NCBI GenBank assembly: GCA_965238175.1 | Contig: CBDEGZ010000003.1 | Coordinates: 1,536,001 to 1,600,000, forward strand | DNA from: Gammaproteobacteria bacterium | GTDB lineage: Bacteria > Pseudomonadota > Gammaproteobacteria > CAJXQU01 | Direction: 5' to 3' | DNA length: 64,000 nucleotides | Shown: in pieces, positions 33,701-41,165 of the stretch | Layout of the letters: each line of letters begins with the position of its first letter | Numbering within the stretch: the first letter of the stretch is position 1 | Translations under genes and position numbers: made by a program | The notes under the pieces: generated by a model | Database searches by the model: none | Told to the model about the DNA's origin: nothing | Seen by the model: the letters and a program-made list of their open reading frames with translations, nothing else

Positions 33701-33853
33701 GGCTTTATGATTCCCAAAGGTAGAACCAATCGTTGTGAAGTCGGCAGGGATGGGTACTTGTGTTACAAAAACAATTGGATTTGTTTGTGCAAAAACGTGC
33801 GTGGTAATAAGTGTGAGAAATAGAAAAGTGAGGTTGATAGTAGATAATTTCAT
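30773..33853 (-). CDS. Secreted hydrazine-synthase-alpha-like (HzsA-related) protein with CxxCH and C-terminal FG-GAP/VCBS repeats
   Basis: Signal peptide; propeller-like PSVHWDGNKIIFSM; DEYE; EDGSIAAFVPA...SWQ...RERNWLSFQPGEIRTCPACHG; repeated GDFNGDGxxDI(L/F)WR motifs. Confidence 0.75.
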   Translation of the reverse strand: MKLSTINLTFLFLTLITTHVFAQTNPIVFVTQVPIPADFTTIGSTFGNHKASMRRVGRGGDLWIKYQDGTLKNLTAAAGYGTTGFQGANAIAVRNPSVHWDGNKIIFSMIVGAPTERYQVKTFFWQMYEMTGLGKTDTPVIKKIANQPTNFNNISPIYGTDDKIIFTSDRSRNGERHLYPQLDEYEMEATNTGLWKLDPANGALTLLNHAPSGNFTPIIDRFGRVIFTQWDHLQQDQMADADRRRAASGQALQHGTFNFSSEAANATPLFNDRTEVFPEPRDSSIQISNFPNLEGHRFNHFFPWMINEDGTDIETLNHIGRHELHDYLPRTFNDDSNVREYYGQIPRTNPNSIRNMLQVREHPTVDGFYYGIDAPTFRSHAAGQIIGLSAPPTTSAEDIIVHYITHKDTSDISNSPSTNHSGLYRDPLPLSDSTLIAAHTTETRKDSNEGSRTSPQSRYAFKLKNIVSSNGTQTAGSAVIPGGINKTISYWDPDQLVSYSGPLWEWQPVEVRVRSRPAMLSSTLAPAEQQMFAQENVDVNELKNYLKQRNLSLIISRDVTSRDDLDQQQPSNLRVAGRDKQTLAGGGKIYDIDHLQIFQADQLRAMRESDGDIDEGRRVIGQALHDDSALVQNPNIFDGPKGSVKIAEDGSIAAFVPAQRAISWQTTDPSHSPVVRERNWLSFQPGEIRTCPACHGVNDQSQSGSGQPANPPQALAKLLRFWKNSLSLPNDYNDDNMADVIWRHASTGNVMMYQMKANSVFHSQIITSISDPNLAIVGNGDFNGDGTSDILLRHKSSGQNWIYLMNGTNIIDMSLFNTEADLNWKIAGTGDFDGNGKDDILWHHASTGEAQIYTMDGANILAATSITFIPDLNWKVAGIGDLNGDGKDDILWRHKTNGRVWRYRMDGTNILDSNHVAFTGLDWDILTMGDFDGNGKDDILWRNNVHGRVWAYLMNGADISTNNHVAFTGLDWEIEATGDYNGDGTTDIFWRNQNTGLNWMYLMNGTHILLNDMINVEADLNWKVIK

Positions 33854-34039
33854 TATAGTTCCCTTATGTTTTTGTTATGTAATTTGCGCTATTGTTATGC
33901 GCTTAGTCATCCATGATTTTGTATGGTTCAGCCGTCAAAATGAGTAGTGCGTGATTCTGTGAACTGATTCACAAGAGTATTTTTTAGGACGTTTTATTCG
34001 TTCTGGAAGAAAACCAGAAAGATTGTTTCAGGTATCCTA

Positions 34040-34328
34040 CCTAAATATAACTATTCCATTATTTGGAACCTGCTCAAAACAAAACCCACTCGTGACAGTT
34101 ATGTATCATGATGGCAATACGATCACCTTCTTCAAGATCATATTTTGTGAGGGAAGCTTGCCAGCGATTAACATCTTTTTCAGTTTGTTCCTAACGATAA
34201 ATAATCTAACTTTTTGATAATTGATTGAATTGCCGATAAGCAATTGTATTCGGTGTGAGTTGTTATTGTTGACAGAAAAACCCTTGAGGAGTTGAAGGGT
34301 TTGTAACTTGAATGATACTATTTTTCAT
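34040..34328 (-). pseudogene. N-terminal remnant of long-chain fatty-acid-CoA ligase
   Basis: Manual translation with internal stops: MKNSII...TPNTIAYRQFNQLSKS*IIYR*EQTEKDVNRWQASLTKYDLEEGDRIAIMIHNCHEWVLF. Confidence 0.7.
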
Positions 34329-34383
34329 TGTCGTTATTTAGTGTTTTTTTTTAATTTTCACCAGCCAGAATCGAGTTTTAAAT

Positions 34384-34584
34384 ATGATCCATAATTTTCT
34401 TCGAGATTTTTTAAGTAAAAATATTGAAACTGCAATTAAGATTGGACAATGTCATGGCAAACCAGTTGCACTTAAAATACTTGCTAGAGAAATAGATAAA
34501 GATGGCTATCAGTCTTTTGAATCTAAAAATAATGCCTGGCTTACGGATTGTATTTCAGTAAAATATTTAACTACTAATAATTAA
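34384..34584 (+). pseudogene. kptA: C-terminal fragment of RNA 2'-phosphotransferase (KptA/Tpt1)
   Basis: LSKNIETAIKIGQCHGKPVALKILAREIDKDGYQSFESKNNAWLTDCISVKYL resembles the KptA C-terminus; the N-terminal two-thirds is missing. Confidence 0.75.
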
Positions 34585-34592
34585 AAGTTTTT

Positions 34593-34808
34593 ATGTCAAG
34601 AATGATGTCACAACTTTATTGCTTGAAAGAAGAGATCGTTGATCTATGCAACACGATCAGAGATAAATTAAGTTCGTCTCAATACTTTCTTCGAGAAAAA
34701 CCGTACGACTTATTTGATTTTAATCACTATCAAAAAAATCGTGAGTTTGATGTAATTCTATTTTCAAGCCGTGTTATTACTTTTTACACGATAATTTTAT
34801 TTGGGTGA
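34593..34808 (+). CDS. Short hypothetical, possibly a truncated immunity gene
   Basis: 71-aa ORF at the head of the immunity array; no motif recognised. Confidence 0.3.
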   Translation: MSRMMSQLYCLKEEIVDLCNTIRDKLSSSQYFLREKPYDLFDFNHYQKNREFDVILFSSRVITFYTIILFG

Positions 34809-35073
34809 CCGCTCGGTTAGCGGAATTCAAGAGTCATCGTTTTCCTTTTCTGGTGATAACGAGGCGCTAATTGGAGATGCGAAAATCATTTCAAGAGTTT
34901 TGAAGAAAATAACCAAAGCGGGTGTTTTCATTAAAAACCCTGTTAGTGGTGCCGAGCAGTACTACAAGAAGTTTAGGTATTCTGAAGGTGCAGCGCAAAT
35001 GTTTCGTCAGGGTACCCCGCTTTTACCAATCGCTGGCCATTGTATCGGAAGAGTGCCTAACGAGAATGACTAA
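34801..35073 (+). pseudogene. Probable C-terminal fragment of a polymorphic toxin
   Basis: Open frame without a good start, just upstream of the Imm44-like gene; DNEALIGDAKI...NPVSG loosely resembles URI-nuclease toxin tails. Confidence 0.4.
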
Positions 35074-35114
35074 AATTAAACAAATGTTATTATTAGCAAC
35101 TTAAGGAAAATATC

Positions 35115-35537
35115 ATGCAACTTTGGACATCATGCGAAGGCACTGGTAGCTTTCCAGACAAAGCAAACCAGATATTCAATGGCTTCGAACAGAAGTTCAA
35201 TGATTATATTAACGAAAATAGCTATGGTAATGGATTGAAGGAATGGTCTGTCATATTTATTATCGCCGGTGGGCCGCTGGATCCAGGTTTTACTGAAAGA
35301 ACCATGGTAAAGAGAAGCTCACAGGATATGGACTTTCGTTTACGTGTAGATTTTGAGGCTTTTAAAAAAGGTAACACACAAAAGCGCACTTTTCTAATGC
35401 ATAATACTTTGCTTCGATCCCTAGATATTCTCGCAGCCAAGAAGGTCAAAGACTTCGACCTAGACAGCTTAAGAAAAGATTTTGAGGCTTGCGCAGACTT
35501 GAATGGTTGGAATGTCGAACCTGATAAAGCCGTCTGA
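35115..35537 (+). CDS. Polymorphic-toxin immunity protein (Imm44-like)
   Basis: N-terminal WTSCE, SYGNGL.EW..IFII, F.ER, DFRLRVDFEAF, LLRSL, KDFD...L..DF pattern; AAGGA RBS. Confidence 0.7.
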   Translation: MQLWTSCEGTGSFPDKANQIFNGFEQKFNDYINENSYGNGLKEWSVIFIIAGGPLDPGFTERTMVKRSSQDMDFRLRVDFEAFKKGNTQKRTFLMHNTLLRSLDILAAKKVKDFDLDSLRKDFEACADLNGWNVEPDKAV

Positions 35538-35583
35538 AATACTCTTTGGAGCAAGGTATAGATTTTAAGTAAGATACAACATA

Positions 35584-35970
35584 ATGAATAGATTGACCTT
35601 TAGAACGATGTTTGGTGGGCCCGATACACCTAACATCTACAGAGAAGAACTCAGATCCATCAAGAGAGGACTAGAGAAAGTAACGTTTGTATACGAGATT
35701 GATTTTAGCTTAACCTTTGGCGGCCAATTCATTAAAGTAACGAAGCCCTTAGGCTTGGATTCGCCGAGAATTTGGACTAACAAAGAAAAAGTCACCGGAA
35801 CAATTTTTATACCAAAAGCAGATACTACCAAACAAAGCGACCATGCCCAGTTTTTGAGAAAGATTATTTATGAAAGCCTTATCACTGTTTTCAAAAAAAT
35901 GGAAAAGAAGAAAATTATTAGCGATGCTGAAAGTGAAATAAAAAAGGTATCTTTCCTGGTAGAAAATTAA
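35584..35970 (+). CDS. Polymorphic-toxin immunity protein (Imm12-like)
   Basis: T.FGGPD, EIDFSL..GG, GLDSPR, IFIP pattern; array context. Confidence 0.55.
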   Translation: MNRLTFRTMFGGPDTPNIYREELRSIKRGLEKVTFVYEIDFSLTFGGQFIKVTKPLGLDSPRIWTNKEKVTGTIFIPKADTTKQSDHAQFLRKIIYESLITVFKKMEKKKIISDAESEIKKVSFLVEN

Positions 35971-36131
35971 CTTTTTTCTGTACAGACATCAAATCTACCA
36001 AGCCTGATTCACTAAAGGATACGCTTAGACTTTACCCTGCAGATAGATTTTTTTAGTATTGACTGGACAAAAAAGATCAGAGTGCAAAATTACTCAGGTA
36101 ATGAAGCCTGAAAAAATGTAAAAAACACTTT

Positions 36132-36557
36132 ATGAGATTGAGCACAATTGATAGCAAGCTTTCTACTATATTTCTAAATGTCTCCAACCTCAGTGAAGCT
36201 AAAGAATTATATGAGATAGTTTTTTGGCATTGCTATACTGTTCTGAATAAAAATATAAGACAGGAATTGGAAGAGGAGGCTGCTTTTTCTTGTTTGAAAT
36301 ATCAAAAACTACCATTATCCGATTTTCTGGATAAGCTTTGTGAGACGTTTGATAAGCGCTATTTTGAACTTGAAGAAAAGGGTGAGATTGAAGCTTCTGA
36401 TAAGTATTTTAAAAAAGCCAGAATAGCAGCTTCTGTTGCTCAGGCAAACAGAGCTGAAAACAATAAAGACTATGCCGAAGCAGCATATGAAGCGTTAATG
36501 ACAAGTAGTGATCCAAAGGCTCAAGCAGCGTCTATTGTTTTTTATCTGATTGCTTAG
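36132..36557 (+). CDS. Hypothetical helical protein, probable orphan immunity
   Basis: MRLSTI...FDKRYFELEE...YFKKAR.AAS...AEAAYEA; AT-rich array context. Confidence 0.55.
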   Translation: MRLSTIDSKLSTIFLNVSNLSEAKELYEIVFWHCYTVLNKNIRQELEEEAAFSCLKYQKLPLSDFLDKLCETFDKRYFELEEKGEIEASDKYFKKARIAASVAQANRAENNKDYAEAAYEALMTSSDPKAQAASIVFYLIA

Positions 36558-36650
36558 AGATAACATTCTCACCGCTACAGCAATCTTGTAAATTACTCCA
36601 ACAATTAAATTCATTTAAACACTAATAAGAGCACCACAATTCCTGAAACC

Positions 36651-37115
36651 ATGGAATTCAAGCTTATGTTTAATCGCCATATTGATAGACGGGTATTGCA
36701 TAATTTTCTATTGAAAGAAGGATTAGGTTCCATCGATGATTTTTATTCCCTTGAACAAGTAATAAATACTTTGCTTTGGCAATGTGAAGCTATTTTCGAT
36801 CTAGATATATTCTCTGATAGTAAACCTATTTATGAAACAGTGGAGGATATCTTTGAGAGCAATACATCTAACTGGAATATCATTGGTGTTAGATATTATG
36901 TTGCTTCCTTGCCTAAAGAATACCTAGCAATATTAATTGAATATATTCAAATTATCATTGAAAAATTCCAGCTGAAAATACTGTTTTTTGGTAATAAGGT
37001 AAGTTTAAAAACGTTAGCATTTGAGATTAATGAAGTAATCAATAGCATTGAAGAGGAATTCTTTGAAGTTGGTTCTGAGGAGTTATTGGCGCACATTGAG
37101 ATGAGCTACAAGTAA
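36651..37115 (+). CDS. Hypothetical acidic protein, probable orphan immunity
   Basis: 154-aa low-GC ORF co-oriented in the array. Confidence 0.5.
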   Translation: MEFKLMFNRHIDRRVLHNFLLKEGLGSIDDFYSLEQVINTLLWQCEAIFDLDIFSDSKPIYETVEDIFESNTSNWNIIGVRYYVASLPKEYLAILIEYIQIIIEKFQLKILFFGNKVSLKTLAFEINEVINSIEEEFFEVGSEELLAHIEMSYK

Positions 37116-37570
37116 AATCTCGTATTTTTCAGAAAACAAGGTAACCCCTACGGCAGCAGAAGTTTATTCCGCTATAATGAAAAAGGCGAATGTAGAAAAA
37201 AATAAACAGATAGGGACTGAAACAGCCGTTAGTGCACCAATCCCTTCTAAATATACAAATAATAAACATTAGAACTAGAAGAGCTACAATAATTACCTCG
37301 GGTAAGTACCCTGTAGAGAGGAGGATTTCTCGAACTTAGCACTAAAAGTAATCCAATGATTACCGCTCCAGTAATATTTATCATGAATATATATTGCTAA
37401 GGTTATTATAAATAACAGACTTGTGTAAAGTATCGTAAAAAATTTCATAGAATAAACTTAATGAGTAAATTTAATTATTATTACAAAATGGGATGACATC
37501 AAGAATATAACAGGATTAATTATATTTTTGAGTAAAAGGGGGCGAAGCCTGAGGGATCCCCACAAAACCC

Positions 37571-37856
37571 GATCCAATCGGGATCAACGGTGGCTAAGGA
37601 GTCAAGGGTATGTGACTGATACCTGTATCTGGTTTGACCCAGTGGGCGTTACGGCGTTTATGTCTTCAAAGTAAAAGGAGAATGCTACGTCGGTAAAGGT
37701 GAACGGGCCAGAATGGAGGCGTCAAAGAGAGCAAGCCGAGATTGGCTAAATGTCAAACTTGATGGCCAGAAAATTTTTAACAATGCAACAAATACTCAAA
37801 AAATGGCGGCTGACGCTACAGCGGCTAGAATAAAGTCATCGTTTGGGACCTGTTGA
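37571..37856 (+). pseudogene. Frameshifted Rhs core tip plus GIY-YIG/URI nuclease toxin
   Basis: DPIGINGG (37571), frameshift, QGYVTDTCIWFDPVG (37603), frameshift, GRYGVYVFKVKGECYVGKGERARMEASKR...FGTC* (37644-37856). Confidence 0.8.
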
Positions 37857-37875
37857 ATGTTAGGTAGAGACAGAT

Positions 37876-38391
37876 ATGGAAATTGATATTGGAAAGTATG
37901 GCAAATTAGATGTAATTGAAGACTTATCGAATGATAATTTTAAGTTTAGTGGAGATGCAGAGGTAGATACGGAGTTCTCAAAGAATCTCGAAATATTGGT
38001 TTTCACTAATAATTGTTCCGCCTAATTTATTGAATATATTCAAACCGCTTTCCATAAACTGGATGATCTAATCGCAATTTCAATCAAGGCATTAGATGAA
38101 GATCAAAATTCCATTTTTGAAGAATATATAAGCGACTGGGTTGCATTTCTCGAGAATGAAACCAACTTGCAGGAATTTGTTCCAGAAATGATTCCGGGCG
38201 AAAAGAAGATTGAACAGTATTTACGGGACGAAACTCGATTAAATTTGGGAATAATCTCCACTAACGAAGGGGGTGAATTTAGGTTTAATTTAGACTTTCT
38301 GTTAGGTGATCATCCAGTTTTTTTCGACAACTTGCTTACGGTAGCATTTGATGAAAACTTAGATTTTTTGGAAATGCACACTGATGGATAG
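37876..38391 (+). pseudogene. Cognate immunity gene with one internal stop
   Basis: ATG 37876 is in frame with ORF 38167-38391; single TAA at 38023-38025; starts 19 bp after the toxin stop; C-terminus FNLDF...LLTVAFDE is DUF2004-like. Confidence 0.7.
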
Positions 38392-38727
38392 CACGCTAGT
38401 CAAACTTAGAACCTCCGAGCCAAAATCAGGCGATGAGCGACTTTCGTACCTTGACCGTTTCAACAGGAGAACATAGAGTCAGGCCTTACATTTGACACAG
38501 AATAGAGTGCATAGAAGCTGGAGAGAATGTCAATTGCAAGGCCTTGTACCTGACCTGAGGGACTTTTGACCTTGAGGAAAAGGTTAGAGACAGGTTTTGG
38601 TTCCATCAGAATCAAACAGGCTTTAGAGGTGCTCCATGATCCTGAGTAATAGAGCTCAATACCGTCATAATAACAGAAAAGATAAGGGTAATTATTTTCC
38701 AAAGTGAGTTTTTTCAGGAGCAATTAA

Positions 38728-39564
38728 ATGCACTACACTAATATCTTTTTCCGTTTCTTTTCAGCAAAAGTTTTGGTTTTATTCCTGATTACATGTGCAC
38801 AAGCCGAACCGAACCGCATCTCGTTAGAGATTGAACTCCCCAATAGAACTAGCGACCTTAGGGGTATTTTGCCCCACGGAACTGATGATTTTTCTATTAT
38901 TTCTGAAACGAAAACTATCAACATCGCCCCAGATGGGAAGGAATCACTTTTAACCGATCAAGGAGAAAGATATAAGCCTTGCGACACTCATAATATTACA
39001 GCTAATGACAATGGTGTTGTGAATATTACTCAAAGCAATGGAGAATCAATACTCTATAACTTAATGGACGTGCTTCCCAAAAATATTGAATATTATTCAG
39101 ACAGAGTAAGTATTTCATGCAACCTTCAATATCTATTTTATTATGATGATTACGGCGATGGTTTAATCGTCGTAGATATCGTGAACAATGATTTGCTAGG
39201 CAGTCCGCTGTGGTTGTCTGGACAAAACCTGTCTGTTGTTGATCCCACAGGAAGATACGCACTCCTAGTTTCTACATCTCTCAGTGAATATCTTTTGTGG
39301 GAGTTTCCCAATAAATTAGTGAGTAGAATTTCCGTTAAGCTTGAGTTAGATGTTCCTAGGTTTTCAGGGGATGGAAGTGTCTTTACGATTCGACGGTATA
39401 ACGATAATCAAGAAGGTAATATTGTTGAAGTATACTTGTCTTCTAGCGGTGTGTATTTAGAAAGCTTTGCTTTGAATTTTCACGCAATATCAAACAGCGG
39501 AAACTACTTGTTAGGTGTTGACGAGGATGAGAGCACCTTAAAGGTATATAGAATTACGCATTAA
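38728..39564 (+). CDS. Secreted hypothetical protein, beta-propeller-like
   Basis: Signal peptide ending AQA|E; DPTGRYALL, FSGDGSVF, ISNSGNYLL blade-like repeats; AGGAG RBS. Confidence 0.65.
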   Translation: MHYTNIFFRFFSAKVLVLFLITCAQAEPNRISLEIELPNRTSDLRGILPHGTDDFSIISETKTINIAPDGKESLLTDQGERYKPCDTHNITANDNGVVNITQSNGESILYNLMDVLPKNIEYYSDRVSISCNLQYLFYYDDYGDGLIVVDIVNNDLLGSPLWLSGQNLSVVDPTGRYALLVSTSLSEYLLWEFPNKLVSRISVKLELDVPRFSGDGSVFTIRRYNDNQEGNIVEVYLSSSGVYLESFALNFHAISNSGNYLLGVDEDESTLKVYRITH

Positions 39565-39779
39565 ATTTTTAGCTGCCTGCTGAGAGATAATGATAGATGC
39601 TGGACTTTGAGAGGCCAAAGGTTTTTATGAGATGACTGATCTTTTCTCTGTCAGCTCGGTACTGTTTCAGCTCCTTTGCTTCATTCGCTTACGCTTGCCT
39701 AGGTGGACGCAATTTTAGGATCGTTCTGAAGCAGATTTGAAAGCAAGAACATGGAAAGCTCATATATGGTCTCCTCCCG

Positions 39780-40008
39780 TATTGCAAGATAAAACATTCA
39801 GATAACAGGGACAGGATTGCTGTCATATATACGGCCTTCAATGAAGTTTTCAACTTCTGACCTGGATGTATTACGCGCCTATTTTCCTTATCAGGTTATC
39901 GGTATTAGTTACCCCTGAGCTCGACAGGTTTTCAATAGGCTGGTTTGACCTGTTATGCCATCTTTAGTTTTACCTTCGCAATTCGTTGAAATGATTTGTT
40001 CTCTCTAT
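39780..40008 (-). ncRNA. Predicted bridge/seek RNA of the IS1111-type element
   Basis: Contains AGCTCAGG and ATAACCTGA, matching both strands of the rejoined target, around a GGTA/TACC hairpin; also ATATATGA matching the circle junction. Exact RNA ends unknown. Confidence 0.75.
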
Positions 40009-41022
40009 TTAGGCCGGTGAGTAGTCATCACCAGAAACCGTTATAGCCCAGGCCATTCTTGCCATTTTGTTGGCATACGCCACACACGCTCGATTATGCC
40101 CCCGCGTCTCAACTAAACGATTAATCCATTGACTCAGTTTATCGCCTTTCGTTTTGGCTCTTGATACCACGGCCTTCGCGCCTAGAATTAACAAACAACG
40201 AAGGTATTTATTGCCGCGTTTACTGATCCCCAGTAGCACCTCTTTACCACCACTACTGTACTGTCGTGGAACAAGTCCTAATGAGGCGGACACATCGCGC
40301 CCTTTGTGATAATGAGCGCCGTTTCCCACTTCATTAAAATACGCGCTCGAGACCATCGGCCCAAACCCTGGAATAGTTTGTAAGCGTTGGCAAATCGCAT
40401 TGTTTTTTGCCGATTGAATGATCAATTGGTCAAATGTCGCAATACAGGCATCAAGTGATTGCCATTGTTCCTTTAGCTGGCGCAGTATCCTTTTGAAAGT
40501 AACGGACAACCGTTCGTTCTCATCACTTAATAGCAACGGGATAGATTGACGTAGGGTATTTAGGCCGGGACGAAGGCTAATGCCATATTCTGCAACAAGC
40601 GCTCTCATTTGGTTACATAATGCGGTTCTTTGTCTGACCGCTAAGTCTCTTGCTTTATGTTGTGCCTGGTTGTCTTGTTGCTCAACTGATTTAATGCCCA
40701 CACTTTTTAAATGAGGTTGTTTCGCAGCAACGGCGATGGCCAAGGCATCGTTATAATCATTCTTATTGCCGATTAGAAATGCGTTAACATGCTGAGGTGG
40801 TAGTAATTTCACCTGATGTCCCTGTTGTTGTATCGCTCGGGCCCAATACTGTGACGTTGCACAAGATTCTATTGCGACTAAACAAGGAGGTTGAGATTGA
40901 AAAAAGGAGAGTACCTGCGCTCGCTTTAACATTTTCTTTTTGATTATACGCCCTTGTTGATTACAGCAGACAGCATGAAATACGTTTTTTGCTATGTCTA
41001 ACCCGATTGTTGTAGTCTTCAT
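40009..41022 (-). CDS. IS110-family DEDD recombinase/transposase
   Basis: GLDIAK, AIES, KNDYNDA (DEDD), LGLVPRQYSSGG (catalytic Ser), GNKYLR; ATG 41022 follows a GAGGAG RBS; intact frame. Confidence 0.95.
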   Translation of the reverse strand: MKTTTIGLDIAKNVFHAVCCNQQGRIIKKKMLKRAQVLSFFQSQPPCLVAIESCATSQYWARAIQQQGHQVKLLPPQHVNAFLIGNKNDYNDALAIAVAAKQPHLKSVGIKSVEQQDNQAQHKARDLAVRQRTALCNQMRALVAEYGISLRPGLNTLRQSIPLLLSDENERLSVTFKRILRQLKEQWQSLDACIATFDQLIIQSAKNNAICQRLQTIPGFGPMVSSAYFNEVGNGAHYHKGRDVSASLGLVPRQYSSGGKEVLLGISKRGNKYLRCLLILGAKAVVSRAKTKGDKLSQWINRLVETRGHNRACVAYANKMARMAWAITVSGDDYSPA

Positions 41023-41165
41023 TTTGGTCTTCTCCTCTTTTGATTGTGTGTATGTCAGTTCAATCATGGCACCTAGATGCCGTTAGGGGGAGGAGACCAT
41101 CACATCAGGTTATGTTCGATCATAAGTCAGGGTAGTTTATAAACTTTTAGGTAATATATCGTGAT

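Larger units (their letters stand above)
39760..41107 (-). mobile_element. IS110-family insertion sequence, IS1111 subgroup
   Basis: Perfect 13-bp subterminal IRs ATGGTCTCCTCCC (39766-39778) / GGGAGGAGACCAT (41088-41100); TCA core at both ends (39760-39762, 41105-41107); long non-coding region downstream of the transposase. Confidence 0.92.

Noticed and set aside
30773-33853. Evidence for anammox metabolism
   Set aside because: Only an HzsA-like domain is present, without hzsB/hzsC or hydrazine dehydrogenase, in a gammaproteobacterial background.
38460-38723. 87-aa minus-strand ORF
   Set aside because: No motif or RBS, and opposite to all neighbours; more likely the shadow of decayed plus-strand sequence.
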